DNA from: Lama guanicoe
Lineage: Eukaryota
Direction: 5' to 3'
Assembly: GCA_013239625.1 (NCBI GenBank)
Contig: MU054323.1
Location: 1,612,001 to 1,676,000, forward strand
Length of the DNA stretch: 64,000 nt
Shown: in pieces, positions 13,698 through 27,200 of the stretch
Position numbering within the stretch: the first letter of the stretch is position 1
Layout of the letters: each line of letters starts with the position of its first letter
Notes under the pieces: model-generated
Told to the model about the DNA's origin: nothing
The model's database searches: none
The model's input: only the letters and a program-made list of their open reading frames with translations
Position numbers and translations under genes: made by a program

Positions 13698-14759
13698 GTC
13701 CTGGATCTTTGGGGGCAAGTCTGTGACTTTTGCCTCTGGGTCTTCAGAATCAGAACCCCTCCCTGGACCCAGAAAAGAAGCTTAGAAAGTATTTGAGTCA
13801 ATTCAAATGCCAGTTCCTCCTGGAGAACATCCTTTGGCTTTTTGTTTGTTGTAAGGCACAGCATCTCTGTGGATGAGGGTGGACAAGGCGTACGTCAGTT
13901 TTAGGGAAGGGGAAAGCCCTCCAGAGCAGGCTCATGTGAGAAGAGTAGGTGTTGGAAGAAACCCGGGGGGCACAGAGCATTCATTAAAGGGAGCAGACAA
14001 AGGCAGTGGAGCCCACGGGGCTACCAGGATAACTTCTCCATCCTGCACTGTGGGATCCAGCCTAGCAGACATCAGGTAATGGTGGCTCTGACCTGCATGT
14101 TCCATCTCCTTTGTGCAGGTAACCTTGAGCTGAAGCGTACAACCTGCCAAAGGGTTTGGCTGAGGTGTAATATGATCAGTTCAGTCTCTAAAAAAGAGCT
14201 TCAGCAAGAATGTGTTCTCAGCAAAGATTACTCCCAAAAACGAGTTGAGCCCGTTTATGCCTTGGCCTCAGGCTTCCCAAGAAAGTTCGCTGGCTTACCT
14301 CATAATTCACCCATTGTTGGTTCAGTTAAGAGAAAGGGCTATCACTTTTGTCAAAAAGGAATTGTCTCCAAGGCAGTGCCCACAGATACAGGGTCATAGC
14401 TTTCCAGGAAACAGAGATCAGAGTTCAAGCCCCTTTCCCTAGGTCTTCTGAGGTCAAATAATCAATGTACAGAGGTACAGTGACTGGAGTTTGAACCCCC
14501 TCCTGACCACCCCTTCCCCAAGCTGGTTGTCACTAGCCATGTAATAAGTTTCAAATAAGTATCTAAAGAGGACCAACCCTTGACTGGACCATATTGTTCC
14601 TAGATGAGGCTCAGGATATGGTAGCAAGAGCCCAGCCTTTGGAGAGGAATGCCCCATGCTCCAAATGCCAGCCCATCCATGTATTTGGAACGTCTATTAT
14701 ATCAGAACTCTTTATTTGTACACTTCCAAAAGGTCTTTTCAGTGTTCTGTGCAAAGCAC

Positions 14760-14900
14760 TGTAACAAATGGTTAAGATCTTGGACCACTAGCGTGTGACC
14801 TCGAGCAAGTTATTTTTACCTCTTTGAGCCACAGAGTTTTCACTGTGAAATATGGGTACTAATAGTCTCTACCTAAAGGGCTAATCAAAATGCATGGAAA
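14760..14900 (+). mobile_element. MIR SINE
   Basis: actagcgtgtgacctcgagcaagttatttttacctctttgagcc. Confidence 0.65.
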
Positions 14901-16269
14901 GTTCTCCATAAAAATTCATAATGATTTGAAAGTTCAACCCAGTAGAAAACAGGATTGTTTAAAGTAGCAAAATGAGTTTAAAAGAGTAAAGATGTTTTCA
15001 AGAAAGTGGGCACTGAATACATATCTTTACACAGTGAGTGATGGGCAGTGGAGGGTAATTAGAAGAAAGGCAACCTCTCCTCTTAGTCCTCAGCTTATCA
15101 TCCAGTGGAGTGGACCACATCGCAGGGGGAAAACCTTGCGTTAGCCTGTGTAGCACCCACTATAAACACAATAGAAGCCATGACCGCGGGGTTGACCAGT
15201 AGTCAGAGTAGACCAGCAAAAACGATTAGGATTTGGAGAGGCAATGGGGTGGCCCCTCTCACCCTGGGCAGGAAACCTATACTGGCCAAGATAGAGCAAT
15301 GGGATGAGCAGCCTGTCTTCTAAGGAGAAGGAGAAGAGGAAGTCCAGGCTGAAGGAAAGGGAGAGGTGAGGAGGGAACAGGGAGCCTTCATGACAAGTGA
15401 GATGGGAAATAAGAATATTGAGAAAACAGACCAAGGGTTCATCACCAGGCACAGTACCCAAAGTGTTGGAAAAAGTTGTTAAGATCCGTAAGAGGGCAAC
15501 AGCTTGCGTTGTGGGTCAGGGATGGGGGTGGGGGGAATTGTATCTCCAGCCCCATTGTCTGTTCCTTAGCGCCACCCGGCACTCCCAGGGCTCCCCAGCT
15601 CTCCCAAGAACACTCTTCTGTAGAGCTGATCATAAATGATTGAGAAGGTTGTGCAACCCTCAAAGACTCTGCTTTCCATTCTTAAGAATGTCCAGGAAAA
15701 GCCAGTTTTAAGACACTTACCTTCTCTCTGCCTGGCTTCCTCACTTGGACTTGCCCAACCCGGTCTTCCTACAAAGAGTAATTAGATTACATATTTAGAA
15801 CTGTTTTGAGCTACGAGGAGGGAGAACATACAGGCACGGTTATTTTCGCAGGATTCCATTTCCTCTGTTCCCTTTGATTCCCTCTCCCGGGAACAGCTGG
15901 CTGGCTCCCTAAAGCCAGCAACAGCTGCAGTAATGAGCCCACCCTTTGAGCCTGCAGATGACATAGGCTCAGCCCCGAGATGCAGCTGTTCTTTAGAGCC
16001 TGATGTCTCAGCCCTCCCCCAGGTCTGGGCAACAAACAGAGCCACTCATTAACCCCCTACATTTCACATTTTCAGCTGGGGATCCCCTGTTCCTTCGACC
16101 ACTGGTGCAGTCTCTTAATTCTGCCACTAACTGGTAGTTGTAAGGTAGGCAAGCACAAAAAGCCTCTCTAAACTTCAGTTTCCTCAACTCTCTGATGGGG
16201 GGGTTGTGGTGAAGCTCCAAAGATGTAATAGAGATGAAAATCTTTTACATATTATAAGGCAATATTCTT

Positions 16270-17124
16270 TTTTGGGGGGGGGCAAGGAATAGTGACTTTA
16301 TTCAGAAAGCCAGCAGACCAAGAGGATGGCAGACTAATGTCTTGGAGAACCATCTTACTCAAGTCAAAATTCAGGCTCCTTTTTTTTTTTACATTTTTTT
16401 ATTGATTCATAATCATTTTACAGTGTTGTGTCAAATTCCAGTGTTCAGCACAATTTTTCAGTCATTCATGGACATATATACACTCATTGTCACATTTTTT
16501 TCTCTCTGAGTTATCATAACATTTTGTGTATATTTCCCTGTGCTATACAGTGTAATCTTGTTTATCTATTCTACAATTTTGAAATCCCAGTCTATCCCTT
16601 CCCCCCCCCTCCCCCCCCCCCCGGTAACCACAAGTCTGTATTCTCTGTCCATGAGTCTATTTCTGTCCTGTATTTATGCTTTGTTTTTGTTTGTTTGTTT
16701 GTTTTTGTTTTTTAGATTCCACATATGAGTGATCTCATATGGTATTTTTCTTTCTCTTTCTGGCTTACTTCACTTAGAGTGACATTCTCTAGGAGCATCC
16801 ATGTTGCTGCAAATGGCATTATGTTGTCAGTTTTTAAGGCTGAATAGTATTCCATTGTATAAATATACCACATCTTCTTTATCCAGTCACCTGTTGATGG
16901 ACATTTAGGCTGTTTCCATGTTTTGGCTATTGTAAATAGTGCTGCTATGAACATTGGGGTGCAAGTGTCATCCTGAAGTAGATTTCCTTCTGGGTACAAG
17001 CCCAGGAGTGGGATTCCTGGGTCATATGGTAAGTCTATTCCTAGTCTTTTGAGGAATCTCCACACTGTTTTCCATAGTGGCTACACCAAACTGCATTCCC
17101 ACCAGCAGTGTAGGAGGGTTCCCC
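16270..17124 (-). mobile_element. Young 5'-truncated L1 with 3' transduced segment
   Basis: ORF 16712-17065 is the L1 ORF2p C-terminus ([21 protein letters not shown]...SLICGI); poly-T at ~16380; perfect 17-bp TSD tataaggcaatattctt at 16253-16269 and 17125-17141. Confidence 0.95.
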
Positions 17125-18229
17125 TATAAGGCAATATTCTTATACTAGGTATTATTGAAGCTTTTTAACAAGTGAAAGAATCATTAAACAATACCAGTCA
17201 GTACAACAAACTTCTGAACTGGGCTATCCATATAAATGGTCACTAAGGAGTGGACGGGACTCAGGTTTCTGGGGAAGACACTTGGCCCTGGCTTAGAGGA
17301 CCTGGTAGAATCTGAGAGGTTAAGGCAGAGAGAGAGATTTGGGTGAGGGGCACAGCCCAGGCAAAGGCTGAGAGAAGAAAATGTGATCTAGAAACAGTGT
17401 AGGGCCATCCTGGGGGTAGAGAATGTGCCTGAGGACAAGGGGGATGTAAAGCTGGAAGGGTCAGGATGGGCCAGACCGTGGATGGCCCTTAAATGACAGG
17501 ACGAGAAGTGATTTTTAATGGCATGAAACAGTCAAGGAGTTATAAAGCCCTGGAGGTCCCCAGTCCTGCTCCCTGCCTCCTGGGGTTTGTCTCTATTTAA
17601 CAATCTAGGCAGAAGGACTTGCCCTGGACATCCTCTTCGCTTCCTGGCGTGGGGCTCGGTAGCTCGTCGACCTCTGAAGTGCTTCTAACTGGCTAGGTCA
17701 GTGATTCCCAGCTTTCTTGCTTATTAAGAACAGAGATTACCTGGTTTCCAGCCTTGACTTATCAAATCAACGGCTTCAAGAGAGGGCCTGGGAATCTTTC
17801 TTTTGAAAATAATTCTTCTGCTCTCCCCAAGTGATTCTTGTCGACATGGTGTGTGTGTGAGCTGTGCACCATGCATGCTGAACATGGAGCTCCAGCAAGG
17901 ACTCAGCGACCTGATGCAGCCTATTTGTCGATGCTCCATCGTCTTTCCAGAGCGCATCTCCCTAATCCCCTCCCTCCCTCCCTTCTTCCCTCCCGTCCTT
18001 TCTCCCTTTCTCCCTTCTTTTCTTCCTCTTGTCTTTGTCTTTCCTTTCTTTCTCTTTAAATAAGTGTACTACCCGGATGCTTCAATTCAACTTGACGGCA
18101 GCTGTGATTCCTGCATCTTTGTCCTCTAGACATGGACCAGCGCAGGCCAGCCTTGCCTAGTCACTGCTTTGAAAATTCTAATTTTTAAATTAATAACTTG
18201 AAAATTTAGAAAATACCGACAACTATAAA

Positions 18230-18470
18230 ATATAATAGCAGCTACCAATCACTGAATGTGGACTGGATCTGAGGCCAGATATAATGACATTTCTTTACAG
18301 GTATCAATCCTCACAACAAGGCTGTGAAGCGCGTACTGTCATAAATCCCATATTACAGTTAGAGAGACTGAGACAGAGGGATTCAGTTACCCGCTTAGGA
18401 CTGTGTAGTTACAGAAGTAGACAAGTCCAAGTTTGGTCCTGGGTTCCCTGGCGGCAGACTCTGTGCTTTT
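18230..18470 (-). mobile_element. MIR SINE
   Basis: aatcctcacaacaagg...cccatattacagttagagagactgagacagagg. Confidence 0.7.
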
Positions 18471-18529
18471 AGCTGTGTCACTAGACTCTTCCTCAAGAAG
18501 AAAGGAAGGTGAATGAAGAAAAGTTACCT

Positions 18530-19260
18530 TCAGTTCCTATCACCAGAAATAACCAGTCTTACTTAGTCATTTCTCTATTTAAAAAAATGTAACTGGATCA
18601 GAGCATTAATTTCATATATCCTGTTTAAAAATCCTGATATTAAATTATATCTTCTATATTATGTGTTCTTCATAAATACGATTTTAATCCACCGGGGTAT
18701 ATTCTATCATACAGAAAGGACATAATTTGTGTCATCACTCCTTTGTTGTGAGATATTGAGGCTGTTGCTTTGTTTTTTACTATTATACTATCATAATACT
18801 ATGATGAATATTCTTGCTCATAAATATTTGACTGCAGCTTTGTTCAGTTCTATAGAAGAAAGTTTATGTGTCAGAGATACTTTTAAATCTAAAACGCATT
18901 TTCGAGGTTTAAAATATTTAAAAAACTAACCAGTTTACCCTCCCACAAGCAGGGTGTGGGGGGGACCATTTCCTCACCCTCTTGCCAACTTTGCCAGTTT
19001 GAGAGGTGAAAAACGGCCTCGCCTCGGTGTGCCATTTGCATGTCTTTGATTACTAGTGAGATGAACATTTTCTTCTATGTTTGTCAGCTGCTTGGACTTC
19101 TTTTGTGAGCTGTTTATTCATGCCTTGTGCATCTCCCCAGTGGCAAGCCTCTGTTTTTTCTTATCTGTATGAGTTCTCCATAGCAATGCCCTTTGACTCA
19201 TATTTGTGGAAAATATTTTCCCAAGTTTGTTCTTTGCCTTGTATCTGCCTTTTAGGTATC
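18530..19260 (-). mobile_element. Ancient L1M fragment
   Basis: cagtttaccctcccacaagcag, tttcctcaccctcttgccaac, tttgcatgtctttgattactagtgag. Confidence 0.7.
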
Positions 19261-21679
19261 AATTAACTGGCAAATGTGAAAGCCTGAATTAAAAATGGTC
19301 CAAAGGAGGGGACAGAGTTTCTGAAAACGAGCAGACTCATTAGACAGATCTCCTGCTGAAAACATTTAGCCTTCATTTAATATCGGGACTTTTGGCATCT
19401 TAGTTACTGGCATTGACGGGGATGGAAGAAGTAACTTTGCACTTTTCTGCTCTTCAGGCCGATAAAAACAGAGGGAAATCCTTAGAGAACAGCCCCCGTG
19501 CAAACTGCTTTCAACTTTTTTGACATGGGTATTAAAATGCCACCCCAAATGCCAGTGGTAATAAAGACTCCAACTTAAAAGGGGGACGAGGTGTAAATGT
19601 AACACATGAGTTTTGTTTTGTTTTGTTTTGTTATTTTGAATCTTGCTAGCCAGTTGCCGAAGACTCAGTGGTGAAACCCTCAAAGCTGCTTCCTCTCCCT
19701 TGTGGGGAACCCCTCCAGGCTTTTGGGGGGGGCAAGACGTTGACATGAGATTTTTTTTTGAGCTAAGACGAACTGCTCATTCTCCCTGGCAGAATAATCG
19801 ACACACACTCTGCCCTGTTCCTCTTCAGGGAGAATTAGCTTCACTTCCTCTATTTATTACCCTCTTCCCCTGCTCTGATCTTCCTCCACCCTACACAGTA
19901 CCCTCCCCTCTCTGCTCCCCTCCTGCCTTCCACCCAACTGCCCATTTTGTGCAGACACAGTGATTAGATTTTTTTCCCTCAAAGGAATATATTTCATCAT
20001 ACGTTCAAAAGAGGAGGCAGCTTATATTCTCATCAGATACCTTAGGGACCTCATGTGGACGTGGCAATTTGGGAATGGAATCTTTCTAAAGAAAGCCACA
20101 CTGGCTTGGTTTCCCCCTATGTTCATGCTGCAAGGAAAATTCACACAGCCCTTGGCGGTGGTGTGCGTTGATGAGTTAGGACCTGGAGCTCAGGTTGTCA
20201 GCGTTCTTGAGTAGAAAGAAGGCTTAGAGATGTTCGGGAGCTAGGATGCTGCCGTTCTCCTGACGTCATCTAGCGAAGGGGGTGAAGATAGACCTACTCC
20301 AGGTCAGGGAACCCTCTTCAGGAACTGCTGGACGAGACTGCAAGGGTTTTGATTTTCTGCTTTAAAGGATTTTCTGCAATTTAGCACATTTAGCTTCTGT
20401 CCCCAGTCTCGCCTATGAAGTAAGCCAAATGCTTTCATTTCTATTTCTTTCTGCTATTTTGTCCTCTTTTAACTATTCAACTGGTGAAAATCATGTTTGT
20501 ACACTGCGCAATGCTTGGCGATTTATTTTTAAGAGGATGAAAAACAAAATATTACTCTTTGGCTTTATAATGAGCCTCCAGCCCATATCAGGGGAGCCAA
20601 TATTTTTTATTATTTCCTTGGTTGGTAGTGAGAGTGATGGCAGTGGCATGAAAGTCCTGCCGGGAAGAACCACCGCTGGCTTGGCTAGAACTTAATGACA
20701 CAGGAGCGCTGTCAGTAACCAGCGAGGAAGTTGCTACTTTTATTTCTCTTCACTCGCTCAAGGACGTACGAAGATATCACATTGCACTTAAGTGTTTTCT
20801 TTTAACACACATCCAGACATACACACACACCACATCCTCCCTCTGCCCCACAAGAATGATCTATTATCTAAGTGTTAGGGTGATGGAGTGAAAGGTCCAG
20901 GTTTTTAACTTAGTCCTGACTGTGTTCAAACACCGTCTGTGTCCCTCACCAGCAGGAAGACCAGGGGCTGGGCTGGCCGATGGGATTCTGTGTGGCTGTG
21001 GCTGGGACAAGGGACTGTGGAGCATACCAAGGTTGGGGGAGTGTGTAGACCCCAATGGCCAGAGATAGCTTTTGACACCAGGGTACACTGAGTGTCTGCA
21101 TGATGAGCCCAAGCTGGAGGCAGTGAGGGCCGGAAGCGGCTGCCTTACTGAGCTAGCTCTGGGTGTGCTGGCTGCCGGGGCGTTGGGTAAGGCTGTGACC
21201 TTAAAAGGAAGGGCTGTGTCCAGTTGACCTTGTGTGATGTTCTGAGCATCTGAGCTTTTCATTCTTTCTTGTCCAATGAGGCTGATGACTGCTTTACTGG
21301 ATTGTATCGAGGTTACATGAGGTGATGTGGATGAGACCTTCATGGTTAGTAAGTGATGCAGGTATTCAAAAATTGTGTTATTACTACTGTGATTAACATA
21401 AATACATAAACGTGTCTTATTTATATAAAAAATTCTTTCTAAAAATTTCAGTTATAGGAAGATATGTCTGAATACCACCCTTGCTTGTTTGATAAAGATA
21501 ATTGTGTGGCCTAGGCTATGGAAAGTACTAGAAAGTGGCATGGGGAGACAGATGCCTCCTGTTTTGGAACCGCAAACCCAGAGCTGTAAACCCACTGCAA
21601 ACCTTACAACAGCCGCCAAGAGGCACGTCCCTCGCCTACGTCTTCCCTCACAATACACGGTCACTCCCTGGAGCCGGTG

Positions 21680-21850
21680 CTCCGGAGTCAGACTGCCTTG
21701 GTCTTGACTGTCTCCTTCACTGGTTAGTCTTGCAACTTTGGGCAATGTTTGCAACTTCTCTAAGCCTCAGTTTTTCCTTTAAAGGATTTTTGTAAGATTG
21801 AAATGGAATAAGTCATACAAAGCATTTTGCACTAAGTAAGTTTATGATTA
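21680..21850 (+). mobile_element. MIR SINE
   Basis: ggagtcagactgcc...ttgggcaatg...ctctaagcctcagtttttcc. Confidence 0.7.
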
Positions 21851-21990
21851 TTGTTGTGTTTCGTTGCTGGGTTAACCATGTATAGCCAACAAAGGGAACG
21901 CTTCTGCATGTCACACGTGCACACACACTCACACACACACACACACAAGACACTCCCTTTAGACTTTAGACTTTAAGAAGTATGCCTATT

Positions 21991-22280
21991 ACTCACTGAT
22001 ATAAAAAACAAACTATGGTTACCAAAGGGGAAAGGGCGGGGAGGTACAAATTAAGGGTTGGGGATTCACAGACACACATTACTATATATAATATAGATAA
22101 ACAACAAGGACATACTGTATAGCACAGAGAACTGTATTCAATTTCTCATAATAACATATAATGGAAAAGAATCTGAAAAGAAAAAAAAATGTATGTATAT
22201 GTATAACTGAATTGCTTTGCTGTACACCTAAAGCTAACATTGTAAATCAAACATGCTTCAATAAAAAAATTTTTAAAAAA
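21991..22280 (+). mobile_element. Artiodactyl-type L1 3'UTR fragment
   Basis: caaactatggttaccaaagggg...gataaacaacaaggacatactgtatagcacag...gctgtacacct...caataaaaaa. Confidence 0.85.
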
Positions 22281-22579
22281 GTAGTTTTCCTGTTCACTAA
22301 CTTTGCAGAGAGGAGTTGAGTGGGTGCCTGTATTGTCTAACCATCTAATTTAGGAGTGAGACAGCAAGTCTAAACCTACTGCATCTTCTTAACCCCTAAA
22401 TGCCTAATGCACTGAGCTAATCTCAGGTGCCCTGTGTACACTGGCTACATGGTTGAGTGATACCAATAAATCAGTGTCTTCATATCCACTGAGCTAAAGT
22501 TCAAGATTGAGTTCCGGCTTTAGAAGCACCACAGGGACCATCATGTTGATGCTGCTAACTCTTCTCCATTGTTTTGGGA

Positions 22580-22795
22580 AGGGGTTAAAAGTTTGGACCC
22601 AAGGCAGACTGCCCAGGGTCACATTTTAGGACTACCAGTCATGAGTTGGAGGTCTCAGGCAAATTACTTAACCCCTCTGTGCCTTGGTATCTTATTGCTA
22701 AAACAGGATGTGTGATGATAAATGCTCCTTAGGGTTGTTTGAAGGATTAATGTGAATCAATTACGTTAAGCTCCTATTGTAATATCTGGCACAGC
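22580..22795 (+). mobile_element. MIR SINE
   Basis: caggcaaattacttaacccctctgtgcc...tagggttgtttgaaggattaa. Confidence 0.7.
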
Positions 22796-23264
22796 CTTGG
22801 CCCCTAGTCACGTTCCGCATGAACAGGTCCGCAAGCAGCTGGCGCTGATGGCTCCAATGCTTTGCTGGCCAAATCTCGCCCCTGCTGAAACTTCATCTTG
22901 ATGACTAGAAGCTCTTGCCTTCTACAGGATAAGCTCCAAGTGCCTTATCCTGAGGGACAAGGCTCTCCTCTCCAGCTCCAGCCTCCAACTGACCGCCGAA
23001 GCTGGAATGGCTGGCAATTTCTTGCACAGTTCATGCTATATCCAACCTTCAAGCAATGACAAAAATGTTCTCCCCAACGTTTCACCTTGTTAAAAAAAAG
23101 CTCTGATTTTAAAGGAACATTCTTTTAAGAACCCATAGGAAGGCTACTTAAAAAACAAGGCTGCAGACGTCATGTCCTTCGGAAAGTCCTCCAGGTTCTT
23201 AATCGTGGCCGTAATCAGTGTGTAAGTATTTCTGAGATTTGACCCAGGCCTAGTTTGCCTCCTT

Positions 23265-23685
23265 ATTTTTTTAGTGGAATGTAGTCAGTCCACAATGTGA
23301 ATTTCAGGTGCTCAGCAAAGTGATTCACTTGTACATATATATACACAGACATATATATATATATATATATGTATTTCAGATTCTTTTCCATTATGAATCA
23401 TTACAGGAATCTGAACACAGTTCCCTGTGCTATAAAGTAGGTCTTTGTTGTTTATCTATTTTATATAAATTAATGTGTATCTGTTAATCCCAAACTCCTA
23501 ATCTATTCCTCTCATTGCCTTTCCCCTCTGGTAACCACAGTTTGTTTTCTATGTCCATGAGTCTATTTCTGGTCTGTAAATAAAACTTGTATCTTTTTTT
23601 TTTTAGATTCCACATAAAGGTGACATCACATGATATCTGTCTTTCTCTGTCTGACTTACTTCACTCAGTATGATCATCTCTTGGT
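23265..23685 (-). mobile_element. Artiodactyl-type L1 3' end
   Basis: Antisense L1 3'UTR: gttccctgtgcta, ctggtaaccac, agattccacat, tgacttacttcactcagtatgat. Confidence 0.85.
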
Positions 23686-23799
23686 CCAATGGCAGCATTC
23701 TTACACTACCACCACTTTTCATCCACCCACCCATGTCCGAACAGCCATTAAAGTTCTAAAAATGCTAATACTGCAAAGGAGACATATCACAGAGGCTCC

Positions 23800-23928
23800 C
23801 AGGGCCACTGTCTGTGGGGGTTGAGCCTTGCACAGAGATGCTTGGTCAGAGACCGTGGGGCTGAAATAGGTCCACGCTCAGCATTTTTCTAACTTACACA
23901 GGGACGCCTGATGGGCTAGCAGTGATGT
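23800..23928 (+). mobile_element. MER91-like hAT-Tip100 element
   Basis: cagggccac...gtggggctgaaat...tttttctaacttacacagggacgcc...atgggctagcag. Confidence 0.6.
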
Positions 23929-26299
23929 GGGACCACTGCTGGTTTCAGATTCAAACACTGAAGCAGCCAGTTGCCCCCTGTTTCCAGTTGATTCTTTGAG
24001 GACTATTTGTCAATTTCCTGGAAGTGGCTCTACCTGAGGAAAGTGTCCTGGCCCTTCGGTCCTGAGTCTGCAATCACCACTGGTTCATGGGAAATGAAAT
24101 GCCCAGTTGTCCATGTCTCTGTCATAACCGTTATTGAGGACACCCCTGGCATTCCTTCAGAAGCTCATCTTTCTAAAAATTAGACAGCAGACCACTCATA
24201 ATCTGTGTAGCAAATCCTGGGTCCTTCTTCATGGGGGCAGCTACAGAGAAAAGGTTACTATAATAGCCCTGGATTTGAAAGCTGAGACCATCTGTACCCC
24301 TATGTTACTCTTTGGAAAACAGGACCAGGAAATTTTGCAAGTCCTTTGGGAGTATGACTTAGGGTTGGAGACTTTTTAAAAATTTGTTGCAATCATGGTC
24401 ACAATAGCTTATAGATTTTTTTGAGTGAACATTTAAATTCATATTAAAATATTTATCCCAGTAACTCAGTACTGTGGGAACTATGTACTCTGACTGATAG
24501 GAAAGTTTATATATCACTTAATCTGTATTAGTTTCAAGGGAAGAAAAACGACAGATCTGGGAGTCAGGCAGCTCTGGCTCTTCTGTTTCCCTCTCTGCCA
24601 CAGCCTTCTGGTGTGACATTGAGCAAGTCATTGCCATCTCTGCAATGCAGATGAAAGGATGGGCTCAGTGGTCCCCGAGTTCTTTCGTGGGTGTGATGGG
24701 TGCTCTTTTAATCAAGTAACACGTTCACACAGTAACACGTTGCATCGCATTTTAGAGCTGGAAGGGGAGTTAATGATCCTCTGGTCTACACTCCTCATTT
24801 CACACGTGCTCTTCACAAAGAAGACAGAACAGATATTATTATCCTTCTTTTACAAATGAAAATACTGAGGCCTGAGGGGGTGAGTCATTTGCTCTAAAGG
24901 AGGTGAGCTCCGGCTCATCTTCTTGCTACATCACACCACCAGCTAGGCTTTATTGGGTCCAGTTTAGCCTCGTCTGGTTTCTGTGGGGCTTGCTGCTCAA
25001 TGGAGATACCGAAGCACCAACTGGGTGTGCCCCGCGGCAGACCTCAAATGCTGGCGGTGTTAGGCTGTCCAGCAGACTGAGCGCAGAGTGCTTCATGGAG
25101 ACGAGCAGGAGAAATACAAACCTGGGTCCAGTTTGCTTCTTACCAGAGGGACAGTCTACAGTGACAAACATGGAAACCAGGCAGTTTTCCCTGTTCTAAG
25201 AGCAGCAATGCTGGGTGACCAGGGTCAGGGGAGAGGAGTCAGAGCACAGTAAGCCATCCTGATACTGGTCAGTCTGACCAGCACGAGACAGTAGCCAGAA
25301 GAACAAAACCTACATTTATTGTGTCTACTGTATACCGAGGATTTGACAGACACTGTCTCGCGTACGAAATGAAATTTCTGAGGATGGAAGTTCAAAAAGG
25401 TCAGCAATTATAGAAAGAAACTTTCGAGAGGGAAAAACATTTAAGGAGTCTGAAAGCAGATGTAGTATTACATGGAAAACTGTGAAGTTTAGAATATGAA
25501 ACTGGAAAGCTTACTGTGACAGTGGCAACTGCAGCCGCCTCGGATCTACTGAAAGTCCCCTTTTCTCTGAGTCACATTCAGGTCACCTGCCTCTATCAAA
25601 ACCAACTGAAATAGAGAAAATAGATTTTTGTTTTTTAAAAAAAGAGGGCTTTGGGGTCTTATAAGGGATCTTGGGTCAACCACTTTCTAGTGGCTCTGCC
25701 ACTTCCTACCAGGGAAATCTTCACTGAGTCCCTCAACCTCTTAGAGCCTCAGTATTTTTATCTGTATGGTGGGTTTTTTAAAAATAGGTTAGCTATAATA
25801 ATATGTAAAGTTCCTTGAATAGAATCAACAGAGTCTAGGCTTTTCAATCAGAGCTGAAGGAAGAAAAAGAGGAGACGGGAAAGGAGAAGTCATTTATTAC
25901 ATTTATTATGTTTCATTAATGTTATTATTCTTCAAGATGTGGCTTAGGATCCTTTAGTAAATGGCAAAATTAAGAGCATTCTTCCACAGATTACCTGCCT
26001 GAGCTTTTTTTCTCCCCCCTGAGCCAAGCTAATTAAAAAATACCATAAATGTTCTAATTATATCATTGATATTTCTTTTCAATAATTGCAAAGGGACTGA
26101 AGCAACCATGTTAAAGGACACATTCATATGAAATGCAACTCACTGTGATTCTGACATTAATACTAATTTGTAGAATTAGTTGCATGGAGACTGAGTTACG
26201 TTCTTAGGACAAATGGGGAATCTGAGACCCCTCTTCCAAAGCCCAGGGTCTATCTCTCAGAGCATGTAGGAAGTGAAGGGAACTAGCAAGACCATCCAA

Positions 26300-26400
26300 C
26301 TTAACACATTCCGCGGCATTTGGAGCTGGGGTGGGGAGAACAGGCTCCCTAGCTCATTTCACACTTCCTCTATACATTTCAAAAAACAAGGTGTGACTCT
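26300..26400. promoter_or_regulatory. Cluster of T-box half-sites about 0.9 kb upstream of MSGN1
   Basis: TAACACAT (~26302), TCACACTT (26359-26366), AGGTGTGA (26389-26396); MSGN1 is an established TBX6/T and WNT target. Confidence 0.6.
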
Positions 26401-27079
26401 GCAGCTGGATTTTAAAAAGCTCTTCAGAAGACTAAATGCCAGGTATTCTGGAAACTCCCTGCCTTAAAGGAGCTTTCTGTTTCCTGGTGTCTGTCTGCTG
26501 TGGGGAATCCCAGACCACTCAGTGAAAGCAAGGGCTGTAAGCTTCTTGAAGGATGTTTCCTGCTCATTAAGGCTCTGCATGTCCTCGAGCTGCTGGCCTT
26601 TGCCATTCTGAGTGTAGGCATGCTGGGAGCTTGTCTGCGCTCTGCAAAACCCAAGGAAATTGGCCAAAGAGGAAGAAGGAAAGAAGGAACTTGGCATCCA
26701 CTGTGTGCCCGTGTGCCTTCCTCCCCGCAGCCGCCCTAAAGTAAGAGCTGTTGTCTCCATCTGACAAATGAGAGAATCCAAGCTCCGAGGAGTTACCTTG
26801 TCCCGAGACCACACGGCTTCTCCAACAGTGCACCCCATCTGCTCTGAGATATCAGAGGTCGTGGCCCCTCTCCAGCAGGCCCTCCGGCCACCACCTCCTT
26901 GCTGCCGATTGCCCCAGGTTTGTTTTTTTTGGCTCCCTCATTATGAGTTCCACAGGATGATGCTAAGTCTAGTTATGCAGCCTTAATTGGTTTAGTTACA
27001 ACAAGATAATTCCTTTTTTCTTCTCTTGGAGGCCTTTCTGTTTAAAGACATTTTAGCTGGAAGATGCTAATTATCAATG

Positions 27080-27200
27080 AGGGGAAAGTGACACCTGATG
27101 AGTTCATTTTCCATCTTGGTCCTTGGTTTCTCCTTTGAACTCCCTCTACCCGGCCCTCTTTCCCACTTCATCACTTGTCCCCCACCATCATAAAAGAGAG
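27080..27200 (+). promoter_or_regulatory. MSGN1: MSGN1 proximal promoter
   Basis: TGACACCT T-box (27089-27096), CTTTGAA TCF/LEF (27133-27139), TTCCCAC RBPJ-like (27160-27166), CATAAAA TATA-like (27189-27195) about 85 bp upstream of the ATG. Confidence 0.7.

Noticed and set aside
16712..17065. Independent 117-aa protein
   Set aside because: It is the ORF2p C-terminus of a truncated L1
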